Notes: a model not told the origin generated them from the sequence alone. 64,000 bases of DNA from Candidatus Eiseniibacteriota bacterium (GCA_031370645.1 JANMQV010000152.1:32001-96000); one strand, 5' to 3'. Numbered from the stretch's first letter, positions 19,960-29,492 are shown. Translations and numbers: made by a program.

Positions 19960-20913
19960 ATGCGCGCGCTCGTGACGGGGGCGGCTGGATTCATCGGTTC
20001 GAGCCTCGTCGACGCCCTGCTCGAATCGGGGGTGGAGGTGATCGGCTTCGATGCGTTCACCGGCAATTACGATGCGACGCGGAAACGGGCGAATCTGGAA
20101 GGCGCGCTCGGCCGGCGCGGATTCCGGCTCGTGGAGGGGGATCTCCGCCACGCCTCGCTGGCTCCGCTCCTCGAGGGGACGACGCACGTTGTCCATCTCG
20201 CGGCGCTTCCCGGCGTGCGCGCCAGCTGGGGCGAAGCGTTTCGCGACTACGCCGAACACAACGTGGTCGGCACGCAGCGGCTCTTGGAGGCGGTGCGGGC
20301 GTCGGGCCGCGTGGAGCGGCTCGTGGCCGCGTCGAGCAGCAGCGTCTATGGCATGCCGCGGCGCTTTCCCACACCGGAGGATGAACCGCCGCGTCCGCTC
20401 TCGCCCTACGGCGTGACCAAGGTGGCGACCGAGTCCCTTCTGCAATCGTATCGGGCCTCGTTCGGCGTGCCGGCGGTGGCCCTTCGTTATTTCACGGTGT
20501 ACGGACCGCGCCAGCGCCCCGACATGGGGATCCATCGCTTCTTCGAGGCGGCTCGGGCGGGGAAGCCGGTCACCCTGTTCGGAGACGGAAAGCAGACCCG
20601 CGACTTCACGTTCGTGGAGGACGCCGTTCGCGCGACGGTGGCGGCCATGACGCGGCCCGCCCCCGAACCGGCGTACAATGTCGGCGGTGGGCATCGCGTC
20701 TCGCTCGGCGACCTCCTCGACTCGATCGCGGGCGTCGCCGGCAAGCCGGTCGCGCGCCGCCATGTGGAGGCGCAAGCGGGCGATCCGCGCGATACGTCGG
20801 CCGACACGACGCTCGCGAGGCGCGATCTCGGTTACGCGCCTGCGACGGCGCTCCTCGACGGACTCCGGAGGCAATGGGAATGGCAGCGGAACTTGGCGGC
20901 GGCGCCGGCGTGA
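19960..20913 (+). CDS. NAD-dependent nucleotide-sugar epimerase/dehydratase (UDP-glucuronate 4-epimerase-like)
   Basis: VTGAAGFIGS, HLAALPGVR, SSSSVYG, YGVTK (YxxxK), RYFTVYGPRQRPDM. Confidence 0.9.
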   Translation: MRALVTGAAGFIGSSLVDALLESGVEVIGFDAFTGNYDATRKRANLEGALGRRGFRLVEGDLRHASLAPLLEGTTHVVHLAALPGVRASWGEAFRDYAEHNVVGTQRLLEAVRASGRVERLVAASSSSVYGMPRRFPTPEDEPPRPLSPYGVTKVATESLLQSYRASFGVPAVALRYFTVYGPRQRPDMGIHRFFEAARAGKPVTLFGDGKQTRDFTFVEDAVRATVAAMTRPAPEPAYNVGGGHRVSLGDLLDSIAGVAGKPVARRHVEAQAGDPRDTSADTTLARRDLGYAPATALLDGLRRQWEWQRNLAAAPA

Positions 20914-21845
20914 GCGCTCCCCCGGTCGATCTCACGGTGCTCATCCCCGCCTATAACGAGGCGGAGAACATCCGCCCGCTCCTCGAGAAGCTGGTGAAGG
21001 ACGTCGCACCGCTCGGCCTGTCGACGGAGATCATCGTCCTCGACGACGGCTCGACCGACGGCACGCTCGACGCGGTACGCGCGCTTCGCGGCATGATCCC
21101 GGGGCTCCACGTGATTTCGTTCCGCCGCAATTTCGGCAAGTCGGCCGCTCTCTCCATCGGCTTTCGAGAGGCACAGGGGCGCTTCGTCGTCACGATGGAC
21201 GCCGATCTCCAGGACGATTCGGCGGAGATCGGGCCGCTTCTTCGAAAGATCGACGAGGGATTCGATCTCGTCTCCGGTTGGAAGCAGAAGCGGAAGGACC
21301 CGATCATGAAGACGGTGCCTTCGAAACTCTTCAACGGCGTCACCGCGCGGATGACCGGCGTCTCGCTCCACGACATGAACTGCGGGCTCAAGGCCTATCG
21401 CGCCGACGTGGTGAAGACCGTGAAGCTCCGGGGCGAACTCCACCGCTTCATTCCGGTCCTCGCGCACTGGAACGGATTTCGAGTCTCCGAGATTCGGACC
21501 GTCCACCATCCGCGCCTTCATGGCACGACGAAATTCGGCGCGTCGCGCTTCCTGAACGGATTCCTCGATCTCCTCGCCGTCATGTTCATGACGACCCAGA
21601 GCACGCGGCCGCTCCATCTCTTCGGACGGCTCGGCATCCTTGTCGCCTTCGTGGGAGGGTGCGCCACGCTCTGGGCCTCCTGGCCCTGGTTCCTGGGAGA
21701 GGGGCTTCGCCTCCGGCCGATGCTCGTCTTCGGGCTCGTCCTCATCGTGCTCGGCATCCAATTCCTCTCCCTCGGCTTCCTCGGCGAATTGATCGCCGGG
21801 ACGCGCGCCGCGGATCCCGACTACCCGGTTCGGGAGCGCTTCTAG
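20910..21845 (+). CDS. Glycosyltransferase family 2, ArnC/GtrB-like polyprenyl-phosphate glycosyltransferase
   Basis: IPAYNE, DDGSTDGT, RNFGKSAAL, MDADLQD, DMNCGLKAYR, GELHRFIP; two C-terminal TM helices. Confidence 0.9.
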   Translation: MSAPPVDLTVLIPAYNEAENIRPLLEKLVKDVAPLGLSTEIIVLDDGSTDGTLDAVRALRGMIPGLHVISFRRNFGKSAALSIGFREAQGRFVVTMDADLQDDSAEIGPLLRKIDEGFDLVSGWKQKRKDPIMKTVPSKLFNGVTARMTGVSLHDMNCGLKAYRADVVKTVKLRGELHRFIPVLAHWNGFRVSEIRTVHHPRLHGTTKFGASRFLNGFLDLLAVMFMTTQSTRPLHLFGRLGILVAFVGGCATLWASWPWFLGEGLRLRPMLVFGLVLIVLGIQFLSLGFLGELIAGTRAADPDYPVRERF

Positions 21846-21885
21846 CGCTTCGGCGCCCGCGCATGGCGTCGGCCCTCGCCCTCCG

Positions 21886-23043
21886 ATGGCGCCCATGAAG
21901 GTGGCGCTCCTCGGACCGACCTATCCGCACCGCGGCGGGATCGCGCACTACACGACACTCCTCTCCCGCGCGTTCGCCGAACGGATCGGCGCCGACTCGC
22001 TTTCGATGGTTTCCTTCAGCCGGCTCTATCCGGGGCTCCTCTTTCCGGGCACCACGCAGTTCGATGAGAGCGGCGAGGCGCTGAGGCCCCCGGTCGAGCC
22101 GGCGGCGATGCTCGACAGCATCGCGCCGCACACCTGGTTCGCGGCGGGAAAGCGGCTGCGCGAGGCGAAGGCCGATCTCCTGGTCGTTCCGTGGTGGCAT
22201 CCCTTCTTCGGTCCTTCGCTCGGCGTGGCCGCTCGCGCCGCCCGGCCGCGCGGCGCGGCGGGACCGAAGCGCGTCTTCCTCTGCCACAACGTGGAGCCGC
22301 ACGAAGCGACACCGCTCGATCGCGCCCTCTCCGCCTATGGACTCGGCGCGGCCGACGGCTTCCTCGTGCACGCGAGGGCTGAGGAGGCGCGGCTCAAGCG
22401 TCGCGCCGACGGGCGACCGATCCGCGTCCATCCTCATCCGACCTACGAAGTCTTCAGCCGCACCCCGCCCAGCCGCGACGCCGCTCGCGCGACGGTCGGC
22501 GCGCGCGGGAAGACGATCCTCTTCTTCGGTTACGTCCGGACCTACAAGGGACTCGCCGATCTCCTCGAGGCGCTTCGCCTCGCGCGACCCGATGCCTGGG
22601 ATACGCTGCTCGTCGTCGGGGAGTTTTATGAATCGCGCGACCGTTATGCGACCGCGCTGGACGATCCGGCGCTCCGGGGGAAGGTGACGGTCGTCGATCG
22701 CTACGTGGCGAACGAGGAAGTCGCGACCTACTTCGCCGCGGCGGATGTCGTGGCGCTTCCGTACCGCTCCGCCACCGGTTCGGGAATCGCGCAGGTCGCT
22801 TACGGTGCCGGCGTGCCGGTGATCGCGACGAGGACGGGTGGATTGGAGGAGGTGGTGGAAGAGGGGAGGACGGGGCTCCTCGTGCCGGCGGAGGATCCCG
22901 CGTCGTTCGCCCGCGCCGTGGAGCGCTACTTCGACGGCAACCTCGCCGCGCCGCTCCGCGAAGGAGTGGCGCTCGCGAGGGAACGCTACAGCTGGGGCGC
23001 GCTCGTCGAGGCGTTGCTCGATCTGGCGCGGGAGTGTCGGTGA
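21886..23043 (+). CDS. Glycosyltransferase family 4 (start 21886 or 21895)
   Basis: GPTYPHRGGIAHY, FFGYVRTYKGL, ADVVALPYRSATGSG, GGLEEVV. Confidence 0.9.
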   Translation: MAPMKVALLGPTYPHRGGIAHYTTLLSRAFAERIGADSLSMVSFSRLYPGLLFPGTTQFDESGEALRPPVEPAAMLDSIAPHTWFAAGKRLREAKADLLVVPWWHPFFGPSLGVAARAARPRGAAGPKRVFLCHNVEPHEATPLDRALSAYGLGAADGFLVHARAEEARLKRRADGRPIRVHPHPTYEVFSRTPPSRDAARATVGARGKTILFFGYVRTYKGLADLLEALRLARPDAWDTLLVVGEFYESRDRYATALDDPALRGKVTVVDRYVANEEVATYFAAADVVALPYRSATGSGIAQVAYGAGVPVIATRTGGLEEVVEEGRTGLLVPAEDPASFARAVERYFDGNLAAPLREGVALARERYSWGALVEALLDLARECR

Positions 23044-24016
23044 ACGCTCCCGGTGCCATCCGACGCGCCACGCCGGCGACTCCCGTGTGGGCCGTCGTGC
23101 TCGCGTTCAATCAATTCGACTACACGCGCGAGTGCCTCCGAGCGCTTCGAGCGCTCGATCCCGCGCCCGATCACGTGCTCCTCGTGGACAGCGGATCGAG
23201 CGACGGCACGCCCGCGCGCGCGCGGGCCGAATTCCCCGAAGTGGAGGTGCTCGCGCTCGGGGAGAATCGCTGGTTTGCGGGAGGGGTGAACGCGGGGTTC
23301 GAGCGGGCCCTACCGGCGGGGCCGCATCGGTGCTTCTTCTCAACAACGATCTCGTCCTCGAGCGAGGGGCGCTGGGAATTCTTCGTGCCGCGCTCGAAGC
23401 GGACGGATCGCGCGGTGCGGTGAGCCCGAAGCTCTTCACCTTCGACCCACCCGACCGGATCTGGTTCGCCGGCGGTGTCGTGACGCGCGGATTCGGCCTC
23501 GTTCGCCATCGCGGCGTGAATCGGAAGGACGACGCGTTCCGCGACCGGGCGCTCGCCATCGATTACGTTTCGGGAGCGGCCGTGCTCCTGAGCCGCGAGG
23601 CGCTCGAGCGCGTGGGACTCCTCGACACCGATTACGTGATCTACGTGGAGGACGTCGACTGGTCGGCGCGCGCGCGTCAAGCGGGATTCACGCTCTGGTA
23701 CGAACCGGAAGCGAGGGGGTGGCACCACGTCTCGGTGACGAGCGGGGGGGGGCTCACGCCGCTGAAGGCCTATTTCCGACTCCGCAGCGGCGCGCTTTAC
23801 CTCTCGCGCCACGAGCCCCGCGCCTCGCGGCCGCTCGCGTGGCTCGCCTACGGCGCCTGGACCGCGTGGCTCCTCATCGGGACGGCGTGGCGCCGCGATT
23901 TCGAATCGGCCGGCGCGCTTCTTCTCGGCTTCGTCGACTTCACGCGCGTCCTTCTGGGCGGCCAAGCGCCCGTTCGTAAGCCCGAAGCGTTCGCTCGGCG
24001 AGCGCGTCGAGGCTAA
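23040..24016 (+). pseudogene. GT2 (WbbL/rhamnosyltransferase-like) split by a 1-nt frameshift near 23312; could be a sequencing error
   Basis: The N-half (VDSGSSDGT, ENRWFAGGVNAG) is in one frame and the C-half (LLLNND, IDYVSGAAVLL, YVEDVDWS) is in the -1 frame. One inserted base after CTA 23310-23312 restores ERALxGGAASVLLLNND. Confidence 0.8.
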
Positions 24017-25082
24017 AGCGGGCCGCGCGCTCCCGTCCGCGGGCCGCCATGGCGCGAAGCGGCTCGGGATCGGCCGCGGCGCGCCGTAGCGCTTCGGCGA
24101 GCGCCTTCGCGTCTCCGGCCGGAACCACGACGGCGTCCTCTCCCACCACTTCCGGCAGCGCGCCGCCGTCCGTCGTGACGCAGGGCGTCCCCGCCGCAAG
24201 CGCCAGAAGCGGCGGGATGCCGAACCCCTCGTACCGCGACGGATAGACAAAGAGCGCCGCCCCCCCGAAGAGCGCGGCCAAGTCGGCGTCGGGAACATAA
24301 CCGGGGAAGATCGCGTTCACTCGAAGCGCCGCCGCCATCGCTTCGCACGCTTGCCGATGTTCGTTTCGGCTTCCAGCCAGGACGAGCACGGGGCTCGTCC
24401 CGCCGGGGAACGCCGCGGCCATCGCCGCGAGAAGGGTGAAGAGTCCCTTTCGCGGATCGAATCCCCCCACGTAGAGCCAATAGGGATCTCCGAACGCGCG
24501 GCGGTTTTCGGTGAGGCGCGCCGGCGCGGCCGGCACGAACCATCGAGGAACGGCGCACGGGACGACCTCCACGCGGGGTGCGGCGTCGGGAATCTTGGCG
24601 GCGATGTCGCGGCGGCTCGCTTCGCTCAGCGTGACGATGGCGGCCGCCCGACGCGCGGAGGAACGAATGGCGCTTCGGTAGAGGGCCCGGTGGAGCCAAG
24701 CGGGCTTCGGCCACGGCACTTCCCGAGGAAGCCGCCAGGGAATGAGATCGTGGAGCGAAAGGACGCTCGGCATCGGGAGGCCCGCCGGCACGCCATGATT
24801 CCACGTCGCGTGAAAGAGATCGGGGCGAGGGTCGAGGGAGGAGAGGAGCCGCGGCAGGACTCCCCGCTCCCAGCGGATCCGCTGGCCGGGGGAACCGGCC
24901 GTGATGACCGGGATGGAGGCCGGGACGCGCCCGGCCGGGACCGGACGATCGGAAACCCCGACGTAGGAAACGCCGAGGCGGGGTACTTCTTCCAGTAGCT
25001 GAGCGACCAAGAGGCCGACGCCGCCCCCGGAATCGAGGGCCAGCGGCCTCAGGTCGATGGCGACGCGGAGGGAGACGCTCAC
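23940..25082 (-). CDS. Glycosyltransferase family 4 (mannosyltransferase-like)
   Basis: RVAIDLRPL, LHDLIP, VGGFDPRKG, FVYPSRYEGFGIPPLLALAAGTP. Confidence 0.9.
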   Translation of the reverse strand: MSVSLRVAIDLRPLALDSGGGVGLLVAQLLEEVPRLGVSYVGVSDRPVPAGRVPASIPVITAGSPGQRIRWERGVLPRLLSSLDPRPDLFHATWNHGVPAGLPMPSVLSLHDLIPWRLPREVPWPKPAWLHRALYRSAIRSSARRAAAIVTLSEASRRDIAAKIPDAAPRVEVVPCAVPRWFVPAAPARLTENRRAFGDPYWLYVGGFDPRKGLFTLLAAMAAAFPGGTSPVLVLAGSRNEHRQACEAMAAALRVNAIFPGYVPDADLAALFGGAALFVYPSRYEGFGIPPLLALAAGTPCVTTDGGALPEVVGEDAVVVPAGDAKALAEALRRAAADPEPLRAMAARGRERAARFSLDALAERTLRAYERALGRPEGRA

Positions 25083-25088
25083 AGCGCC

Positions 25089-25174
25089 ACGCTACGGGAG
25101 GAGGGGTGCCAGGTCAACCGATGCCGTTCGGCGCATCCGCCGCCTTGACTTCACCTTGCGCCGACCGGTAGCCT
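25089..25174. promoter_or_regulatory. Divergent sigma70 promoter pair
   Basis: Minus: TTGACC (25117-25112)-17-TAGCGT (25094-25089), 6 nt before GTG 25082. Plus: TTGACT (25145)-18-TAGCCT (25169), 10 nt before GTG 25185. Confidence 0.7.
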
Positions 25175-25184
25175 GAGAGCGTGC

Positions 25185-26354
25185 GTGATTGCGGAGGCGG
25201 CCGTGCGTCCCACGTGGGATGTCGTATGGGTGAGTGACATCCCGTGGTCGGCCCTCTGGCAACGGCCGCAGCAGTTGGCGACCCGCTTCCCCGAGGACGT
25301 CCGGATCCTATTCGTCGAGCCATGGACGCTCGGCGCGCCCCCTGCATGGTCTCCCGAGGAAGTGGCGCCGCGGATCGCGCGGATTTCATTCCCGTTTCTG
25401 CCGCTCCATGCCCGGGATCTCCGGCTTCGCCGCTTGGCGTATCGCCTCGGCTCGTCGGCTCCCGCCACCTCGATGCTCTTCGCCGCGCAGCGACTCTGGG
25501 CGAGGCGTTGGCGCGGCTTCGGCCGGCAGGGCGCCCGTCGCCTCGTGCTGGCACAGAATTTCATGGCCACGCCGTTCCTCGAAGCGTGGCGTCCCGATCG
25601 GATCGTCTACGACATGATCGACGCGCCCCTTCACTTCGCTCCGGTGCCGCCGCGGCTCGTGCCGCAGTGGCAAGCGCTGCTCTCCCGCGCCGATCGGGTG
25701 ATCGTCACGTCGGAGGCATTGGTGTCGCTCGCGAAGTCGGGAGGTGCGACGGCGCCGGCCTTGATCGGGAACGGCGTCGAGGCGGACCGATTCGATCCTA
25801 ACCGCGTGACGCCGGCCGTGCTCCCTGGGAATCCCGAAGCGCCGGCGTTCGGATATGTTGGCTCGCTACATTCGTGGTTCGATCTCGAGTTGGTGGCGGC
25901 GCTCGCCGAAGCGATGCCCGAATCGCGCGTGGTGCTGGTCGGCCCCGCGCCCCCCGAGACGGCCGCGGCGTTGGAGCGGCTGATGACCTCTCGGCCGAAT
26001 CTTCATTGGATGGGACCGCGGCCCTACGTGGAAGTGCCCGCGCTCGTTCGGGCCTTCCGCGTCGGCCTCATCCCGTTTCGCCGCACCCCGCTCACGGAGG
26101 CGGTGAATCCCGTGAAGCTCTACGAGTACGCCGCGGCAGGCGTTCCGACGGTGACAACTCGATTCAGTGACGAAGTCGAGGGTTGGAGCGACGCGGCGCG
26201 CGTGGCCGACGGCCCCGAAGCATTTCTCAGCGCGTGCCGGGACGCGGCGGCCGCACCGCCCGATGTCGCGTCGCTTCGCGCGTTCGCGAGGCGGCACGAT
26301 TGGGAGGCCATTGCCGCGCGGTTCGTCGCGGCCAGTCTGGAGGAGGCGGCGTGA
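25185..26354 (+). CDS. Glycosyltransferase (GT-B fold, TuaH-like)
   Basis: WQRPQQLA, VYDMID, GNGVE, GYVGSLHSWFD, VNPVKLYEYAAAGVP. Confidence 0.85.
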   Translation: MIAEAAVRPTWDVVWVSDIPWSALWQRPQQLATRFPEDVRILFVEPWTLGAPPAWSPEEVAPRIARISFPFLPLHARDLRLRRLAYRLGSSAPATSMLFAAQRLWARRWRGFGRQGARRLVLAQNFMATPFLEAWRPDRIVYDMIDAPLHFAPVPPRLVPQWQALLSRADRVIVTSEALVSLAKSGGATAPALIGNGVEADRFDPNRVTPAVLPGNPEAPAFGYVGSLHSWFDLELVAALAEAMPESRVVLVGPAPPETAAALERLMTSRPNLHWMGPRPYVEVPALVRAFRVGLIPFRRTPLTEAVNPVKLYEYAAAGVPTVTTRFSDEVEGWSDAARVADGPEAFLSACRDAAAAPPDVASLRAFARRHDWEAIAARFVAASLEEAA

Positions 26355-28771
26355 AGCAGTCGTTGGGCTGGCGGTGGGCGTACGGAGCGACGGCGCTGCT
26401 CGTGCTTGTCTTCTTCTACCCGATCGTCTTCGGCAAGGTCTTCCTCTCGCCGGACTCGGTCGCCCCCGCGGGCTTCTCGAAGATCGCCTTGGAAGCCCTC
26501 ACGCAGCGCGGCGTCTACGCGCTTTGGAATCCATATCACTTCCTCGGAATGCCGTCGTTCGGGAGTCTCGCCCACGTCCCGTTCGTCTATCCGCCCGACG
26601 TCATCTTTGGATTTCTGAACCAGAATCTCGGATTCCCCGATCTCACGTGGCTCATCGCGCATTACCTCCTCCTCGCCGTGAGCATGGTGGCGCTCTTGCG
26701 GGCGCTCGGTGCGGGCCCGGAAGCGGCCGCCATCGGGGCCACGACGCTCGCGCTGACTCCGAATCTCGTGGCGGTCGGGGCGTTCGGACACGGCAGCCAG
26801 ATCATGACGGCCGCTTACCTGCCGCTCCTCTTTCTCCTCTACGATCGCTACGCGCGGCGAGGCTCGCTCCTCGCGCTCTCCGCCTTCGCGCTCGCCGCCG
26901 CGTTCCAACTGCTGCGCGGACACGTGCAGATCGTCTTCTACAGCTGGTTCGCGCTCGGGCTCTACGCGCTATTCCTCTCCGTGGCGGCCTTCCGCGAGGG
27001 ACGGCGGCCGGACGGGATTCGTGCCCTGGTGGGGCTCGCGACGGGCCTGGGGCTCGCCTTCGGGATGAGCGCCTTCCTCTACCTGCCCATTCGCGACTAC
27101 GCCGAACACTCGGTGCGAAGCGCCGGCGCGGGCGGGGGCGCCGGATTCGAGTACGCCACCTCGTGGTCGTTCGCCCCGCGGGAGATGCTCACCTTCCTCA
27201 TTCCTTCCATGTTCGGTTTCGGCGGGCAAACCTACTGGGGAGCCATGCCGTTCACCGACTATCCGAATTACATGGGGATCATTCCGTTCGCGCTCGCGCT
27301 CTACGCCGCCGTCACGCTCCGGGGGACGATGCGCGCGTTTCTCGTCACGCTCGCCGGCGTTTCGCTCCTCATCTCGTTCGGCAAGCACTTCGCGCCGCTC
27401 TACGCGCTCCTCTACGACCACCTGCCGTTCTTCAACAAGTTCCGCGTGCCGGTGATGATTCTCGTCCTCGTCCAATTCGCCACGGCGGCGCTCGCGGCGT
27501 TGGGGATCGACCGGGCGATGAGGATGCCCGAGGCGGGGAAGCGCACCGGGGCCGCCGCGGCCGCGGCGACGACCGCCGCGGCGGGGCCGTGGTGGCGCGC
27601 CTGCGCCATGGCCATCGGCGGAGCCATCGGCGGGATCGCGCTCTTCCAGGCGTTTCGCCCGTCGCTCGAAGCGGCAGCCGCGTCGAGTCGCGCGAACATG
27701 AATCAGGGGCTCGCGCGTCTCGCGCTCGACATGGCCTCGATCGATCTCCTCAAGTCGGGGATCCTGCTCGCGTTCGGCTTCGCCGCGATCGCGCTCTACC
27801 GGTCCGGCCGGGTGGGGAAGAGCGTGGCGGCGGCAGCGCTCCTCTTGATCACCGCGGGCGACCTCTGGACCCTCGACCGGCGGATCATGGATCCGCAGGT
27901 CGGGACGAAGCGCGAGTACGCCGACTACTTCGCCGAGTCGCCGGAGGTGACCTTCCTTCGCGGCGATTCGACGCAGTTTCGCGTCCTCCCGACGGCGTGG
28001 AACGACGCGCGCCTCGCCTCCTTCGGTGTGGCGTCGGTGCTCGGCTACCATCCGGCGAAACCGCGGCTCTACCAAGCCTTCATCGATACGATCGGGATCA
28101 ACAGCATGGAAACGCTCCAAATGCTGAACACAAAGTACGTCTTGTCCGATCGGTACTTTCCCGCCGACATGCAGGGGCTCCGGCTCCGGTTCGACGGAAA
28201 GGTGAAGACGTACGAGGTGGACGGGGCGTTGCCGCGGGCGTACGTGGTCCATCATCTCTACCCGGTTCGCGACGAGTCGATGGCGCTCGCCGCCATTCGC
28301 GCGCACGGGGTCGATCCGCGGCTGGAGGCGGTCTGGACGAAGCCCGACCCCCTCCCGACCCTCGCCAACCCGTCGCTTCCCGATTCGGTGCGGCTCCTCC
28401 TCTTCGATTTCAACGAGGTGGAATACAGCGTCTCCACGAACGCGTCCGGTCTTCTCGTGACGATCGATCAGTGGGATCCCGACTGGAGCGTCACGGTGGA
28501 CGGGAAGGCAGCCGACCTGGAGCGCGTGAATTACCTGATGCGCGGCGTGTTGATCCCCGAGGGGGTCCACATCGTTCGGTTCCACTACATGCCGCGAGCG
28601 CTCGAGGCGGGCATCCGAATCTCGGCGGCCTCCCTGGCGCTCACGATCTTGCTGGCGGGATTGGGGCTCGTGACGGGGCGCCGGCGCCGCGCGATGCCGC
28701 CTGCCGCCACGGACGATTCGCCCGCGGCGGCGCACGCGTCCGCGGAGAAGCGAAAGGGGAAACGCGCGTGA
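26351..28771 (+). CDS. YfhO-family GT-C membrane protein
   Basis: GGAGG SD and GTG start; LWNPYHFLGMP, GHVQIVFY, WSFAPRE, YWGAMPFT, FFNKFRVP, SVLGYHPAK; C-terminal WSVTVDG...NYLMRGVLIPEGVHIVRFHY. Confidence 0.85.
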   Translation: MKQSLGWRWAYGATALLVLVFFYPIVFGKVFLSPDSVAPAGFSKIALEALTQRGVYALWNPYHFLGMPSFGSLAHVPFVYPPDVIFGFLNQNLGFPDLTWLIAHYLLLAVSMVALLRALGAGPEAAAIGATTLALTPNLVAVGAFGHGSQIMTAAYLPLLFLLYDRYARRGSLLALSAFALAAAFQLLRGHVQIVFYSWFALGLYALFLSVAAFREGRRPDGIRALVGLATGLGLAFGMSAFLYLPIRDYAEHSVRSAGAGGGAGFEYATSWSFAPREMLTFLIPSMFGFGGQTYWGAMPFTDYPNYMGIIPFALALYAAVTLRGTMRAFLVTLAGVSLLISFGKHFAPLYALLYDHLPFFNKFRVPVMILVLVQFATAALAALGIDRAMRMPEAGKRTGAAAAAATTAAAGPWWRACAMAIGGAIGGIALFQAFRPSLEAAAASSRANMNQGLARLALDMASIDLLKSGILLAFGFAAIALYRSGRVGKSVAAAALLLITAGDLWTLDRRIMDPQVGTKREYADYFAESPEVTFLRGDSTQFRVLPTAWNDARLASFGVASVLGYHPAKPRLYQAFIDTIGINSMETLQMLNTKYVLSDRYFPADMQGLRLRFDGKVKTYEVDGALPRAYVVHHLYPVRDESMALAAIRAHGVDPRLEAVWTKPDPLPTLANPSLPDSVRLLLFDFNEVEYSVSTNASGLLVTIDQWDPDWSVTVDGKAADLERVNYLMRGVLIPEGVHIVRFHYMPRALEAGIRISAASLALTILLAGLGLVTGRRRRAMPPAATDDSPAAAHASAEKRKGKRA

Positions 28772-29481
28772 AAGCGCTCGTCATCATCCCGACCTACAAC
28801 GAACGGGAGAACCTCACCGAGCTCCTTCGCCAGATCTTCGCGCTCGGCATCGGCCTCGAGGTTCTGATCGTGGACGACAACTCGCCGGACCGCACCGGGC
28901 AGTTGGCGGACGAGATGGCCGCCGCCGACCCGCACATCCACGTGCTCCATCGCGCGGGGAAGATGGGACTCGGTTCGGCCTACGTGGCGGGGTTTCGCTA
29001 CGCCCTCGATCGCGACTACGAGGCGATCTTCGAGATGGACGCCGACTTCTCGCACAGTCCCGAGAGCCTGCCGGTGTTCCTGAAGGAACTCGAGTCGGCC
29101 GACCTCGTCCTCGGTTCTCGCTATCTGCACGGCGTGACGGTCGTGAACTGGCCGCTCAGCCGCCTCATTCTTTCCTACGCGGCGAATGTCTACAGCCGCG
29201 TCATCACGGGCATGAACATCAAGGACGCCACCGGCGGCTTCAAATGCTTCCGGCGCCAAGTGCTCGAAGCGATCGATTGGAGTCGCGTGAAATCGGACGG
29301 CTACGGATTCCAGATCGAGATCAACTTCAAGGCGTTCCGGAAGGGATTCCGCATCAAGGAGATTCCGATCCTCTTCGTCGACCGGCGCGCCGGGGAGTCG
29401 AAGATGTCGCGGAAGATCGTATGGGAGGCCGCCTACATGGTTTGGCGCCTGCGGGTCCTCGACCTCATCGGGGCGCTGTAG
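28768..29481 (+). CDS. Polyprenol-monophosphomannose synthase (DPM1/Ppm1-like GT2)
   Basis: IIPTYNEREN, VDDNSPDRTG, GKMGLGSAYVAGF, EMDADFSH, DATGGFKCFR, GYGFQIE, FVDRRAGESKMS. Confidence 0.92.
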   Translation: MKALVIIPTYNERENLTELLRQIFALGIGLEVLIVDDNSPDRTGQLADEMAAADPHIHVLHRAGKMGLGSAYVAGFRYALDRDYEAIFEMDADFSHSPESLPVFLKELESADLVLGSRYLHGVTVVNWPLSRLILSYAANVYSRVITGMNIKDATGGFKCFRRQVLEAIDWSRVKSDGYGFQIEINFKAFRKGFRIKEIPILFVDRRAGESKMSRKIVWEAAYMVWRLRVLDLIGAL

Positions 29482-29492
29482 CCCGCGCGCCC

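Noticed and set aside
17364-20066. 900-aa antisense ORF and other long shadow ORFs (e.g. 6838-10050, 26969-28735, 29433-31466, 62079-63896)
   Set aside because: They overlap well-supported genes, have Arg/Gly/Ala-rich low-information translations and are expected from stop-codon scarcity in high-GC DNA.
26167-29481. Apparent 1104-aa ORF ending in a DPM synthase
   Set aside because: Only the last 237 aa (GTG 28768, overlapping the YfhO stop) are protein-like; the rest is an off-frame shadow of the YfhO gene.
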